Source: Acidimicrobiales bacterium
Lineage (GTDB): Bacteria > Actinomycetota > Acidimicrobiia > Acidimicrobiales > Bog-793
DNA: 64,000 bases
Assembly (NCBI GenBank): GCA_050014835.1
Contig: JBEKCO010000002.1
Location: forward strand, 3,133 to 67,132
Reading direction: 5' to 3'
The notes below the pieces were generated by a model. The model saw only the letters and a program-made list of their open reading frames with translations. It was not told where the DNA came from and ran no database searches. Positions 41,152 to 53,561 of this stretch are shown here, in pieces (position 1 is the first letter of the stretch; each line of letters starts with the position of its first letter). The translations under genes were made by a program, and so were the position numbers.

Positions 41152-41507
41152 ATCAGCCGGTGTTGCTGGGCGCGGATGTAGCGACGCGCCGCCTGCTGGC
41201 GTCGCCGGATGTCGGCTCCCACGGCAAGGAGTGTGTCGTCCTCCGGTCCGAGGACACGTGCGAGAACGGTGCGGAGAGTCGGATCCGTTTCAACCCGGCT
41301 GCGCCACAGGAGCGTGGGGAGGAATCTCTCCGCGCCCTGGCGCTCGACGATCTCGAGGGCGGCGGTTCGCGTCGTCGCGTCAGGGTCCGCCAGCGCGGCG
41401 CGCACCGAGATGGCGAAGCGGCGTCTCCGAACGAAGACGAAGGCCCCACCGAGCCCGGCGATCAGGACGAGCACGCAGCCAGCGATGAGAACGTGTAGCT
41501 CCGCCAC
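41148..41507 (-). CDS. hypothetical single-pass membrane protein
   Basis: It is the tail of track ORF 41148..41813 with candidate GTG 41507 and one TM helix (VLIAGCVLVLIAGLGGAFVFV). The start is uncertain. Confidence 0.4.
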   Translation of the reverse strand: MAELHVLIAGCVLVLIAGLGGAFVFVRRRRFAISVRAALADPDATTRTAALEIVERQGAERFLPTLLWRSRVETDPTLRTVLARVLGPEDDTLLAVGADIRRRQQAARRYIRAQQHRLI

Positions 41508-41580
41508 GCGACCATCTTGTCCGAGCGCGCCCCGGCGCGGGGCGACCCGCGGAGGAGTCGTCGTCGGTAGGGTTGCTCGC

Positions 41581-42984
41581 ATGACGAATCGACGGGACAT
41601 GTGGTCGGGTCCGGGAAGGTTGCCGCTTGCGCTCGTTTTCGTCGCGTCGGCGATCGTGCTCGCGCCTCTCGCCGCCACCGGCACCGCCGCGGGGGGATCG
41701 ACGTCGGCCGGCGGTACGACCGGCCAGTGGACGACGTACGGGGGGAACTTCCAGCGCACCGCCGAGCAACCAATCAGTGCACCTTTGCGGCCGCTGCGGC
41801 TCCTGTGGCGCAACCAGGCGATCGACGGCCAGGTCTACGGCGAGCCGCTCATCGATGACGGGCGCGTCTTCGTCGGCACCGAGTCCGACGTCGTCGAGGC
41901 GCTCGACGCCCGCACCGGCCGGGTGGTCTGGTCGCGCCGGGTCGGCGACCCGGTGTCGGCGGGCGTCCTGCCCTGCGGCGACATCTACCCGACCGTCGGG
42001 ATCACCTCGACGATGGTGATCGATCCGGGTTCGGGCGTGCTGTACGCCTCGGAGGAGGTCGCGATCGGCGGTGCGGTCCACCACGAGCTCGTCGCCCTGG
42101 CCTCGGCGACCGGCCGGGTGCTCTTCTCGCGGGACCTCGACCGACCGGGTTGGACCGCGGCCGCGCAGCTCCAGCGGACCGGGCTGGCGCTCGACGCGGG
42201 GCGGGTCCTCGTCGGCTTCGGTGGAAACGACGGGGACTGCAGCACCTACCGCGGGTACCTGATGGCCGTACCGGAGAGCGGTGCGGGACCGACCCTCGTC
42301 TACGGGGTCCCGACGGCCAAGGGCGGCGCGATCTGGGCCCCCGCCGGCGTCAGCGTGGAGCCGTCCGACGAGATCCTCGCCGCGACGGGCAACGGGGCGT
42401 CGACGACGACCTATGACGAGGGCGACAGCGTCCTCGGGCTCTCGCCGGCACTGAAGCTCGTGGACCACTTCGCGCCGACCACGTGGGCGCTCGACAACGA
42501 GACCGACCTCGATCTCGGTTCGACCGCACCCGTCGTCCTGTCCGATGGGCGCGTCCTCATGGTCGGCAAGTCCGGCACCGCCTACCTGCTCGACGGGAAC
42601 AGGCTCGGCGGGTACGGCGGACAGGTCGCGTCGGTGACGGTCTGCAACTCGCGCGGCGGGAACGCCGCGGCGGGCGACTACGTCTACGTCGCCTGCCCGG
42701 ACACGAGCCTGACTGCGTTGCTCGTCCGGGGTGACTCGCTCTCCGTCGCCTGGCGGGCCCCGGCCGGGGTCTCGGGCTCGCCGACCGTGGCCGGCGGTTA
42801 CGTCTGGAGCGTGGGCAACGGCGAGCTCGTCGGCCTGAACCCCCGGACAGGCTCGCCGGACGTGACCGTGTCGGCGCTCCCGACCGAGCACTTCGCCGCG
42901 CCGAGTGCCGGCGAGGGGCTGCTCGTCGTCGGCGGTTCCACGGGGGTCGAGGCCTTCGTCGGGCCCGACGGTTACCTGCGGTGA
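41581..42984 (+). CDS. PQQ-like beta-propeller repeat protein (BamB/YVTN-type), secreted
   Basis: ATG 41581, a signal peptide (LPLALVFVASAIVLAPLAATG) and repeated …G.VYGEPL…DG.V.VGT…V.ALDA.TG.V.W propeller blades. Confidence 0.8.
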   Translation: MTNRRDMWSGPGRLPLALVFVASAIVLAPLAATGTAAGGSTSAGGTTGQWTTYGGNFQRTAEQPISAPLRPLRLLWRNQAIDGQVYGEPLIDDGRVFVGTESDVVEALDARTGRVVWSRRVGDPVSAGVLPCGDIYPTVGITSTMVIDPGSGVLYASEEVAIGGAVHHELVALASATGRVLFSRDLDRPGWTAAAQLQRTGLALDAGRVLVGFGGNDGDCSTYRGYLMAVPESGAGPTLVYGVPTAKGGAIWAPAGVSVEPSDEILAATGNGASTTTYDEGDSVLGLSPALKLVDHFAPTTWALDNETDLDLGSTAPVVLSDGRVLMVGKSGTAYLLDGNRLGGYGGQVASVTVCNSRGGNAAAGDYVYVACPDTSLTALLVRGDSLSVAWRAPAGVSGSPTVAGGYVWSVGNGELVGLNPRTGSPDVTVSALPTEHFAAPSAGEGLLVVGGSTGVEAFVGPDGYLR

Positions 42985-43009
42985 GGGTCGCGGTCCTCGC
43001 AGCGCGGTC

Positions 43010-44653
43010 TCAGGTAGCGAAGGGCATCGACATCGTGAGCTCGACGTTCCGGTCCTCGGCCCGCCCGGCGAGGCCCGCCTCGAGTCCCGCGCCCGGGGCG
43101 TTGGCGGCGAGCTCGCGGTGCAGCGCCGCCAGCTGCTCCAGGCCGACTGCCGAATCCGGGTCGGGGGGCGCGCCGTGGTCGACCATGGTCGACAGCACGG
43201 AAAGCGTGCCGTCGGCGCCGACGACGACCTCGACGACACGGGCCTGGCAGGGCCAGTCGGCCATCGCCGCCGTCGAGACCTCCCAGATCCCCCGGGCCGG
43301 GTCGTAGGGGCTCGGCCAGAACACCACCTCGTTGAGGTGCCGGTGGCCGTTCAGCCAGAGCACGACGTTGTCGAAGCGGTGGAGGAGGGCCCGAACCTCG
43401 TGGGCCGCCGCCCGGGGGTGGTCGTCCTCCGCTCCGGCGGGGTCCTGACGGAGGTTGGCGAGGGTCGCGAGGCCGTGGTGCGAGGCGAGCACGACGAGCC
43501 GGTCGGCGTGGCCGGTCGTGATCACGCGGCCGTCGGGTGACCGGAACCGGGAGTGCACCTCGGTGAGGTGTTCCGCGAGCCAGCGCAGCTGGCGACGTCC
43601 GATGCTGCCGTGGTGCTGGCCGTCGAGGTTCGTCGTGTCGAGCACGACGATGCGGACGCCCGCGAAGTCGTCGTTAACGGTGTAGGCGGTCTCTGAGGCG
43701 AGGTTGTCCGCGCCAAAGCCGTGTCCCCGTGGCAGGCCCGCCGCGGCGAGGTGGGCGGCGACGAACTCGGTCCGCCCGACGATCCGGCGTTCCGGGTCGG
43801 CGGTGACCGGACGGGATGACCCGGCGAGGAACCGCTCGGGATGCGAGATCAGCTCCTCCTCCCGGCCGAGGAGGTCCGGCCCCGGGGGCGGGGCGACGGC
43901 CTTGCTCGCCCCGGTGACCGCGGCGCAGTAGGCGGGGGTGGCGATGGCGGTGCCGAGGGCGAGCCCGTCGTGGTTGCCGAAGCAGGAGAGCCACGGGAGG
44001 CCGACGCCGGCGGCGCGGAAGGGCGCCATCGCCTCTTGCAACAGCCCGGGGCGCTCCGGGAAACCCCAGTCGAGCTTGAACCGGTCGGTCCCCGGGTCGG
44101 GGTGCCAGAACAGGGGGTTCGGCCAGGTGGCCGCCTGCACCCCCTCGTAGTCGGTCCCGCCCGAGCGCGGCACGACGACGCCCCCGCTGAGAAGCGTCGT
44201 GAAGTTCACGAGCTCGTTCGCCTGGGCGTTGTCGATGCTGTCGCCGGTGCAGACGACGAGGCCGAGGGGGGCGCCGGTCTCCCGGCTCGCACCGAGGCGA
44301 CGCAACGTGCGGGCCATCACCTCCCCGGCGTGGAGGGCGAGCGCCTCCTGGGCCCTTTGGGCGGGCACGAAGGCTTCGGCCCCCGCCCGTCCGGCGAGCT
44401 CCTCGAAGAACTCGAAGCGTCCGGGCGACCCAACGTCCGCAAGCTGGAAGTCCGTGAGGTGGACGAGGCGGAGGAGACTCGTGGCGCCCGAGCCGAGGGC
44501 ACTCGGCTCCCCGTTGACGTGGCGCACCAGGCGGGGCTCGCCGGGGCCGTGGGCGAGACGCCGGTAGGCGCCGCGCCGCCCGCGCCGGAGCACGGCCCCC
44601 GCGGTCACCGTGCGGTCGACGGTGGTCGCCGCGTCCTGCCGAGGCGGTGGCAC
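43010..44653 (-). CDS. metallophosphoesterase family protein
   Basis: LVHLTDFQL…, GDSIDN, GNHD and SHHG are calcineurin-like phosphoesterase motifs. The start is uncertain: GTG 44653 lies after the glpD stop, and ATG 44731 would overlap glpD. Confidence 0.8.
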   Translation of the reverse strand: MPPPRQDAATTVDRTVTAGAVLRRGRRGAYRRLAHGPGEPRLVRHVNGEPSALGSGATSLLRLVHLTDFQLADVGSPGRFEFFEELAGRAGAEAFVPAQRAQEALALHAGEVMARTLRRLGASRETGAPLGLVVCTGDSIDNAQANELVNFTTLLSGGVVVPRSGGTDYEGVQAATWPNPLFWHPDPGTDRFKLDWGFPERPGLLQEAMAPFRAAGVGLPWLSCFGNHDGLALGTAIATPAYCAAVTGASKAVAPPPGPDLLGREEELISHPERFLAGSSRPVTADPERRIVGRTEFVAAHLAAAGLPRGHGFGADNLASETAYTVNDDFAGVRIVVLDTTNLDGQHHGSIGRRQLRWLAEHLTEVHSRFRSPDGRVITTGHADRLVVLASHHGLATLANLRQDPAGAEDDHPRAAAHEVRALLHRFDNVVLWLNGHRHLNEVVFWPSPYDPARGIWEVSTAAMADWPCQARVVEVVVGADGTLSVLSTMVDHGAPPDPDSAVGLEQLAALHRELAANAPGAGLEAGLAGRAEDRNVELTMSMPFAT

Positions 44654-44681
44654 CGCCGTTGCTGCAGGCGACTCGTCGTCG

Positions 44682-46372
<1,691 letters not shown>

Positions 46373-46376
<4 letters not shown>

Positions 46377-47488
46377 GTGGCGGGCGGACGGGCGACCACA
46401 AACAAGATGTCGCCGAGTAGGTCGATGTCGGCGCGCGCGCCGGCAGGAAACGTGAAGCCCTCGCTCGCCGGGAGCGTGGACGTCACCTCGACGCCGTCGG
46501 GCAGGGCGGCGACGACCCGGACGACGGCCCCGAGGAACGAGGCGCGGGCGACGACCGCCGGTCCGTCGGGTGTGGGGCGCATCCGGATGCTCTCGGGCCG
46601 GACGAGGACGTCGACCTTCTGCCCGGCGCGTAGCCCCGCGCCGGCGCTCGCGGGGACGGCGAGTCGCGCGCCGAGGACGGCGACGGTGTCCGGCGCCTTC
46701 ATCTCGCCCGGCAGCCGACTCACGGAGCCGACGAACTCGGCGACGAAGTTCGACGTCGGCGTGGAATAGACCTCCGCCGGCGGGCCGAGTTGCTCGAGCC
46801 TGCCGGCACGCATGACGCCGACGCGGTCCGCGATGGACAGGGCCTCTTCTTGGTCGTGGGTCACGAAAAGCGTCGTGATCCCGACCTCGAGCTGGATGCG
46901 GCGAATCTCGTCGCGCAGCTGGGAGCGGACCTTCGCGTCGAGTGCCGAGAGCGGCTCGTCGAGTAGCAGCAGGCGGGGCTCGACGCACAGCGCCCGGGCG
47001 AGCGCGACCCGTTGTTGCTGGCCGCCGGAGAGCTCGTGCGGGTAGCGCTCGGCGAGCGGCGCCAGCCCGACGAGTTCGAGCAGCTCGCCGGCGCGCTTGT
47101 GGCGCTCGGCGGCCGGAACGCGGCGGACCTCGAGCCCGAAGGCGACGTTGGCGAGGGCATTCATGTTCGGGAAGAGGCTGTAGGCCTGGAAGACCATCCC
47201 GACGTTTCGCCGGTGCGGTGACACGTGGGTAATGTCCTCGCCGCCCACGAAGACACGGCCCTCGTCGAGCTGTTCGAGCCCGGCGACAGCCCGCAGGGCC
47301 GTTGTCTTGCCACAACCGGAAGGGCCGAGGAGGGCGACGAGCTCGCCGGGGGCGACGGTAATGGAGAAGGCGTCGAGCGCGTGGACCTTGCCGTAGGTGC
47401 GGCGGCAGTTGACGAGTTCGAGCACGACGCCACCGCGGGTGCGCTCCCGGGCGAGTGATTCGGCTCTCGGTGGCACGGTGATCGTCAT
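46373..47488 (-). CDS. ABC transporter ATP-binding protein (PotA/FbpC-type)
   Basis: [24 protein letters not shown] and [12 protein letters not shown] motifs. ATG 47488 follows GGGAGG. Confidence 0.9.
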
Positions 47489-47507
47489 AGCGCCTCCCGG
47501 AGCATCG

Positions 47508-48356
47508 TCATGTCGCCGGCTCCGCACCCGGGGCCGACGCCGAGGTCTCGGCTTCGTCGAGGGCGTCGACGAGGCCGATGCCAAAACCAGTCGTCGTCCG
47601 CCGCTTCCCCGAGCCGACGAGGGCGAGGGCAACGAGGAGAATCCAGGTGACGAGGAGGGCGGCGATCGAGAGCGCCACCGCGACATAGGGGTTGTTGCCC
47701 TCGACCGAGACGAGCCAGACGGGAAACGTCATGAAGCCCATGATGCTGGCGATGGCGTACTCGCCGAGGGACAGCGCGACCGTGAGGAAGGCCGCGGCGA
47801 GGATCCCCGAACGCATGTTGGGCAGGAGCACCCGGGAGAAGAGTTTGCCCCACCCGGCGCCCATCGACCGGCTGGCGTCGACGAGGGTGTGCAGGTCGAG
47901 AGACCGGACTCCCGAGTCGATCGCCCGGTATGAATACGGCATGGCGAGGATGACGTAAACGAGGGCGAGGATCACCGGGGTGCCGGTGATGATGTCGGGG
48001 AGGTTGCGGTACACGCCGAGCACGCCGAGGACGATAACCACAGCGGGTACGCCGAGCGGCAGAAGGCTGACCGCGTCGAGCACGGCTCGCCAACGAGGAA
48101 GGCGAAGGTTGACGAGGATGACGGTGGGGACGAGGAGCACGAGGGTGATGACCATCGCTCCGGCGGCGACCTTCACCGACGTGATGAGGCTTGCGGCGAG
48201 ACCCGGTTCCGCGATCGCCTGGGAGTAGGCGATGAACGAGAGGTGTCCCTGGTAACCGGCTTCCAGGCTGAACTGGATCGAGGCGGCCATGGGGGCGAGG
48301 ACGTAGAAGCCCAGCAGCCCGAACACGACCCAGCGGAAGGTCCGCTTGCGTCTCAC
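47508..48356 (-). CDS. ABC transporter permease
   Basis: Polytopic membrane protein with a permease EAA-like region (DASRSMGAGWGKLFSRVLLP). GTG 48356 overlaps the upstream stop (GTGA). Confidence 0.85.
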   Translation of the reverse strand: MRRKRTFRWVVFGLLGFYVLAPMAASIQFSLEAGYQGHLSFIAYSQAIAEPGLAASLITSVKVAAGAMVITLVLLVPTVILVNLRLPRWRAVLDAVSLLPLGVPAVVIVLGVLGVYRNLPDIITGTPVILALVYVILAMPYSYRAIDSGVRSLDLHTLVDASRSMGAGWGKLFSRVLLPNMRSGILAAAFLTVALSLGEYAIASIMGFMTFPVWLVSVEGNNPYVAVALSIAALLVTWILLVALALVGSGKRRTTTGFGIGLVDALDEAETSASAPGAEPAT

Positions 48357-49228
48357 CGCAACCACCGGGCGGTCCTGCGTTGCACGAGGACGTAGAGCAC
48401 CCCGGCGGCGACGACGATCACGATCATGCCGAAGCCGAGCGCGTCGCCGAGGTTTGCCTGGTTCGAGACGACGTTGCCGGCGAGGAGGGCCCCGATCTCG
48501 ATCGGAACGAGGGGGACGGAGCCAGTCGTCAGCGCCTGGGCGGTGGCGTAGGCGGCGAACGCATCCATGAACAGCACCATGAGAGTCGCGATGAGCGGCG
48601 GTGTGAGGACTGGCAGACCCACCTTCTGCCAGTAGCTCCGCGGGCTGGCGCCGAGCGTCGCCGCCGCCTCCCGCCATTCGCGGCGGAGCGCCTCGACCGG
48701 GGGGAGCGTGAGCAGCACCACGAGGGGTAGGAGGAAGTACAGGTAGACGATCACGAGGCCGGTGAAGCTGAACAGGCTGAAGCCGTGGTCGTAGGGATTG
48801 AAGCCGATCTCGGCAAGCACGTGGGTAGCGACTCCCGCGTTGCCGATCGTGGCGATGAAGGCGAAGGCGAGCGGCACGCCGCCTGTGTTGGCAAGGACTC
48901 CGCAGGCGGTGGTGACGAGACGCCGCGCGAGCAGGTTCGAGGAGCTGACGAGGGCCACCGTCCCCACTAGCCCGAGGACCGCAGCGATGAGCGCGGAGAC
49001 CGCCGAGAGTTCCAGGCTCACCACGTAGGAGTGAAGCCACGGCTGCTGGGAGGAAAGGACGGTCGCCAGGTTGGAGAGGGAGAGCCGTCCATTGTTATCT
49101 CGGAAGGCCTGGATCATGACGGATCCGGCCGGGATAATGAGGAAAAAGGCGACGTAGCCGAGGAACGGAACGACGCCGATCGCCGCCAGGAACCGGAATC
49201 GGCGCGCGCCGGAACCCGCGCTCTTCAC
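48353..49228 (-). CDS. ABC transporter permease
   Basis: Polytopic, 291 aa, with an EAA-like region (EAAATLGASPRSYWQKVGLP). Confidence 0.85.
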   Translation of the reverse strand: MKSAGSGARRFRFLAAIGVVPFLGYVAFFLIIPAGSVMIQAFRDNNGRLSLSNLATVLSSQQPWLHSYVVSLELSAVSALIAAVLGLVGTVALVSSSNLLARRLVTTACGVLANTGGVPLAFAFIATIGNAGVATHVLAEIGFNPYDHGFSLFSFTGLVIVYLYFLLPLVVLLTLPPVEALRREWREAAATLGASPRSYWQKVGLPVLTPPLIATLMVLFMDAFAAYATAQALTTGSVPLVPIEIGALLAGNVVSNQANLGDALGFGMIVIVVAAGVLYVLVQRRTARWLR

Positions 49229-49272
49229 GCGGGCTCCGGCGCAGCGCTCACTTGTCTAGGAGTCGGTGATCG

Positions 49273-50466
49273 CTAGCCGACGGCGGATGCCCAATCGGCC
49301 ACGACCAGGTTTTTTGCCTTGTCAGATTGGGACTGGCTGGCGATCGCGGGCGCTTCGGAGAGAGCCGGCACCGCGGCGAGTGCCGCGCTGCTCACCGTGT
49401 GGTTCGCTTCCATCGCCGTGATCGTCGCGGGCACCGCTCCGCCTTCCATCCACAGGTTCTGGCCGGTGGGGGAGTACATGTACTCGAGGAAGAGCCGAGC
49501 AGCAGCCGGGTGCGGCGCGAAGGCGCTGATCGCCATGGCGTAGTACGAGGCGTACGGCTGACCCTTGGGGATGACGATCTTCCAGTCGATGCCCTGCGCC
49601 TTGAGTTCCTTCTGCCACGAGAGCTGGTTGAACGTCCAGTCCAGGGTGGCGAGAACGGTCTTGTCGGCCATGGGCGCGTCACCTGCTCCGCCGGCCTCGG
49701 TCGGGTTGTAGTTGCCAACCGCGTTGAGGTGCTTGAAGTAGCTGATGCCCGGAAGGATGTTGTTGAGCGAGCCTCCGTTGTCGAGCGCGGCCGCGTAGAC
49801 CGCGGAGAATCCGGCAGCCGAAGACGTTGGGCTGTTGCTGAGGCCCACTGCGTTCTTGAACTCCGGAAGGAGGAGGCTGGCGAAGCCGGTCGGCGTGGTC
49901 TTGATGACGCTGGCGTTGTAGCCGATCGACATCACGCCGCTGTAGTCATAGGCCCAGTAGCCAACCGGGCTCTTCCAGGCCGCCGGGATCTCACTCCACT
50001 CCGCGGTCTCGTATCGGGCGAGGATCGGTCCCTTGAAGGACCCCGGCACGCCGTGCACGCCTTCCTCGGCGAACGAGGGTCCGACGTCGACGACGTCGGG
50101 CTCGTTGGACTTGCCGTGGTCGAGGTTGATCTCGCTCAGCTCTTCGGCGCTCGTGCCGTCCGGGTTGAAGTCGTTGATCTTCAGGCCGTACTTCGCGCCG
50201 AAGTCTTTGATGATGTTGCCGTAGTTGGCCCAGGTGTCGGGATCAGCGGTGAGATTGAGGGTGCCCTCGGCCTTGGCCGCAGCGATGAGAGTGCTCATGC
50301 CGCCACAAGACGCGAGGTTGACAGCCGTGGCCCAGCAGGCGTCTGACGATGACGCGCTCGCGGCGCTGGCGGTCGACCCAGTCACTGCCGCGAAAGCGGC
50401 GAGCATGGTGACCGCAGCTCCAAGGGTGGCTGGGCGAAGCCACCGGCGTCCGAACCTTCTGTGCAT
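49273..50466 (-). CDS. ABC transporter extracellular solute-binding protein (family 1, PotD/Fbp-like)
   Basis: ATG 50466 follows TGGAGG. It has an Arg-rich signal peptide (MHRRFGRRWLRPATLGAAVTMLAAFAAVTG). It is the first gene of the operon. Confidence 0.85.
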   Translation of the reverse strand: MHRRFGRRWLRPATLGAAVTMLAAFAAVTGSTASAASASSSDACWATAVNLASCGGMSTLIAAAKAEGTLNLTADPDTWANYGNIIKDFGAKYGLKINDFNPDGTSAEELSEINLDHGKSNEPDVVDVGPSFAEEGVHGVPGSFKGPILARYETAEWSEIPAAWKSPVGYWAYDYSGVMSIGYNASVIKTTPTGFASLLLPEFKNAVGLSNSPTSSAAGFSAVYAAALDNGGSLNNILPGISYFKHLNAVGNYNPTEAGGAGDAPMADKTVLATLDWTFNQLSWQKELKAQGIDWKIVIPKGQPYASYYAMAISAFAPHPAAARLFLEYMYSPTGQNLWMEGGAVPATITAMEANHTVSSAALAAVPALSEAPAIASQSQSDKAKNLVVADWASAVG

Positions 50467-50999
50467 CGAGCCTCCAGTCATTCGCGGGCGGGCACGAAAC
50501 CCGCCGCTGTCGAGGCGAGATACTAGGGATCCCTTATAAAACAGGGATGAACTGGAGATGCCGCGCAGGTGAAGTCTTGGCGACGGGAATCTCCCTGTGT
50601 GCTGATTGCAGCAGGTGTACAGCTGCGTTCCGCAATTAACAAGCAAGATGTCATTTCCCGTTCACTCAAACGCGCGTGCACGCGGTAACAAGCCATTATC
50701 GATCGACGTGGCGCGGCGACCGAGTTCAGGCGTCTCAGACGGCCGGTCGGGCTCGTCCATGGTCCTCTCGGTCGAGGATCGCGGTCGGTGGCGTCGGTTG
50801 GCGTCGAGCATTGGTCGATCGGTATTGCCACGCGCCCTGGCGGAGCGGCCGCGTGGTTCGGGACGGGGGGTGTTGACCCTGTGGACAGCAGTGGGAACCG
50901 CAGGTAGCTTCGGGCCGCCACGCCGCCGGCCGCGTCGCGATCGCGTCGTGGATGTTGACGGGTTGCTCGACGACGCGCGAGGGATCTTCGGGAGGAGCG

Positions 51000-51767
51000 A
51001 TGGCCAAGGGCTACTTCCTCGAACGCGAGGAGTTCCTTCGTCCTCCGCTTTCTGAGCGGGAGCTCGGGCTACGAGAGGTGCGACGTGCTGGACGCGCGTT
51101 GAGCGGGAATCCCAGGGACCTCCGCTTGTTCGGTATGGGGGTTCTCACCTGGTATTCGCTTGGAATCAGGATTCTCGGCCGCACCGCAGTGGAAGTGACG
51201 CGGGACCGGCAGGCCGCCTTCTTCGCGGGCGCAGTTGCCGGGACGCTCAGGCGCGAAGGTCAGGAGATAGGACAGGTTGTTGACCCGTTCCTCGGCAGTG
51301 GGAACCTTCTCTACCACTTCACGAGGTGTCTCGGCGTACGCCATTGCGTCGGGTTTGAACTTGACCATTCGATCTGCGACCTGGCTCGGGCGAATTTTTC
51401 GCGGCTGCAGCGCGTCGGGAAGCTGCGCGGAGTTACGTTCGAACTGAAGGAAGCTGACTGGTCGGAGGCCGGAAAGACCGTCAACAGGGCCTCCTCGGTC
51501 GTCATCTTGTCCCCACCGTGGGGAGGCGGCTTCGGCGAGCATGGGCTGGACTTGCGGCTCACGACGCCACCGGTCATGTCGATCCTCCGTGAGTTGAGCG
51601 ACTCAGCGACCGGGGACGAGGTCTTCGCGGCAGTGCACACGCATCCTTGGATCGTCCGTGAATCGGTGGTGGAAGTGCGGGATTCGTTCGACGTGCTTGA
51701 GACGGTGCTTCCTGATGACCCGGCCGTCGCGACACGTATCGACTATCTCCTCGTGCGGCTGCGCTGA
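51000..51767 (+). CDS. SAM-dependent methyltransferase with SPPWGG motif (TGS1 / RNA guanine-N2 MTase-like, PF09445-like)
   Basis: ATG 51000 follows GGGAGGAG. Motif I is VVDPFLGSGN, the acidic motif is GFELD, and motif IV is VVILSPPWGGG. The upstream EVTRDRQAAFFAGAV resembles the '…TPE.iA..iA' lead-in of TGS1-type enzymes as I recall it. Confidence 0.7.
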   Translation: MAKGYFLEREEFLRPPLSERELGLREVRRAGRALSGNPRDLRLFGMGVLTWYSLGIRILGRTAVEVTRDRQAAFFAGAVAGTLRREGQEIGQVVDPFLGSGNLLYHFTRCLGVRHCVGFELDHSICDLARANFSRLQRVGKLRGVTFELKEADWSEAGKTVNRASSVVILSPPWGGGFGEHGLDLRLTTPPVMSILRELSDSATGDEVFAAVHTHPWIVRESVVEVRDSFDVLETVLPDDPAVATRIDYLLVRLR

Positions 51768-51933
51768 GGCCGACCGTCACGGCAGGCCGACAGCTGCGTC
51801 GTCCGTGTGTTCCGCGCCAGCGGGAGATCGCCCCTCAGGGATCCGCCAAACGATCGATCGTTATAGTTTTCTCTCGGCGTGGACGGAAACCCGGCGTAGG
51901 AGCTTCCGACGGAATGGTGATCGGGGCGCAGCG

Positions 51934-52587
51934 ATGAAGTCCATTCTGCGGCGCGTGCACGCTCACCGGAGCGTGGAGGTTTTCATCATCCGGTTCGTCT
52001 TGCCGTGTGTGCGGTGGGGCATGAGAGTGCCGCTGCTCGAAGGGATCGTGTACCGGTTCTATGAATGGACGGCCCTGGCTCTCGTCGCGCAGCTCGACAG
52101 CGGCACGATTCTGAGCGCGCTCGGGGCCCTGGAGTCCGAAGGGATCGATTACTACCTGGCGGGAGGCTTCGGAATCGACGCCCTGGTGGGGACGATGAGT
52201 TGCTTCCACGGCGACCTGGATATCGTTCTCGACCGGTACGCCGAGCAAATCGAGACCGCGATTGCGGTCATCGAGCGATATGGCTTTCACCAGATCGAGC
52301 CTCATCCCAACCTGATGTGGATGACGGCGACGGCCGTACTCGTGGATGGGGACGGCCGCATGATCGAACTTGTGGCGCTCGACGCTGGGCGCGTGGTGGC
52401 TGCGTCGAAAACCTTGGGTAACGGGGCCGTGATCGGGGATCCGGAGGGCGTGACTTCGAACGGGGAGATTTTCGGTAAAGCCGTCCGGTGTCTTTCGCTC
52501 CGCGCTCAGTTGGTGCTGCAAAGAGGGAAGCCGCTCCGGCCGAAGGACCTGCACAACATGCGCCGGATAGCGAAAATGGGGAGATGA
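51934..52587 (+). CDS. nucleotidyltransferase of the ANT(2'')-Ia / Lnu(F) fold family
   Basis: YYLAGGFGIDALVGTMSCFHGDLDIV matches the GG.G.DA..G…H.D.D motif of ANT(2'')/Lnu enzymes. The C-terminal CLSLRAQLVLQRG…KDLHNMRRI resembles their C(I/L)S..Q…D..D tail. The start is uncertain: ATG 51934 or 52021. Confidence 0.65.
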   Translation: MKSILRRVHAHRSVEVFIIRFVLPCVRWGMRVPLLEGIVYRFYEWTALALVAQLDSGTILSALGALESEGIDYYLAGGFGIDALVGTMSCFHGDLDIVLDRYAEQIETAIAVIERYGFHQIEPHPNLMWMTATAVLVDGDGRMIELVALDAGRVVAASKTLGNGAVIGDPEGVTSNGEIFGKAVRCLSLRAQLVLQRGKPLRPKDLHNMRRIAKMGR

Positions 52588-52712
52588 CGGTCGCTCGTCC
52601 CGGTCGTCGGGATTTCTGGCTCAGCGTGATTGTCTCCGTGAAGTGGTTGCGTGGTGCAACCGGTGGACACGGCCTGCTGGCGGTGCGGCACGCGAAGTGA
52701 GGGAGTGAAACG

Positions 52713-53528
52713 TTGAGGTTGAGCCGGAATCTCCAGGTGCGCGCCGCTGAGAATCGCTACGCGGAGCTGTTCGGTCGCTATGTCATGGCAACGGATGCGA
52801 AGCGCGTAATCGGCGATGCGCTCGCGGGCCTGCTGTCCGGGTGCAAGCGGCCCGTCCGCGTCCTGGATATGGGGGCTGGCCGGGGGGAGATCTCCGCGAT
52901 ACTTGCGGAAACGGCGGACGTCGTCGACGCGGTCGAACCGAACCGGCGCCATTACGAATCTCTCGTATCGCTAGCGCTCTCGAATCCGAGAATCCGGGTG
53001 TCCGAAGGTTCAGTTCAGGAATTCCGAAGCGACACCCGCTACGACCTCATCGCGCTCGTCTACGTCGTCGAATCGATCGTCGATTCAGACTTGGCGTCGC
53101 ATGTCGCACGGCTGCTCGACATGCGAAAGCCGGATGGTCGGGTCGTGGGAGTGACCTACGTCGACGGGTGCCCCTGGGACGCGTTCTCGTCCGCTGTCGA
53201 AAGCATCATCCCGTTTGGCAGCACGGGAGGTGTGTCCCGGGTCTTTCCCCGCTTGCGGGCCGGCGGCCTCAACGTGCGAAACATTGGCGTTGTTTCCAGC
53301 TCGATCAGCGCGCCGTCGGTCGAAGAGCTGTTTGAGGTCCTTAGTTTCTTCTACATGAAAGAACTGCACGCCTACGAGCGGTCGCGGCGGATTCTTATGC
53401 GTGAGCTGGGACATTACGTAGAGGGCGATGGCGATGGTGTCCGACTCACGGTCGACGACGTCCTCTACGAGATCACCCCCATGACGTTCCGGTTCCAGAA
53501 CGGCTCAGGGCTGGGTGACCAGACGTAG
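52713..53528 (+). CDS. class I SAM-dependent methyltransferase
   Basis: VLDMGAGRGEIS (motif I), VVDAVEPN and YDLIALVYVVESI motifs. The start is either TTG 52713 per the track or ATG 52785. Confidence 0.75.
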   Translation: MRLSRNLQVRAAENRYAELFGRYVMATDAKRVIGDALAGLLSGCKRPVRVLDMGAGRGEISAILAETADVVDAVEPNRRHYESLVSLALSNPRIRVSEGSVQEFRSDTRYDLIALVYVVESIVDSDLASHVARLLDMRKPDGRVVGVTYVDGCPWDAFSSAVESIIPFGSTGGVSRVFPRLRAGGLNVRNIGVVSSSISAPSVEELFEVLSFFYMKELHAYERSRRILMRELGHYVEGDGDGVRLTVDDVLYEITPMTFRFQNGSGLGDQT

Positions 53529-53561
53529 GGGTGAGCGCAGCACCGGTGGGGCCGAGATGTC

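Noticed and set aside
50478-50505. The hairpin GCGGGCGGG-cacgaaa-CCCGCC(GC) as a second degenerate tRNA T-arm (older att remnant).
   Set aside because: The loop (UUUCGUG on the minus strand) is not a T-loop, and no acceptor-like sequence follows. It lies in the 5' UTR about 20 nt upstream of the SBP ribosome-binding site. It is more likely a leader hairpin.
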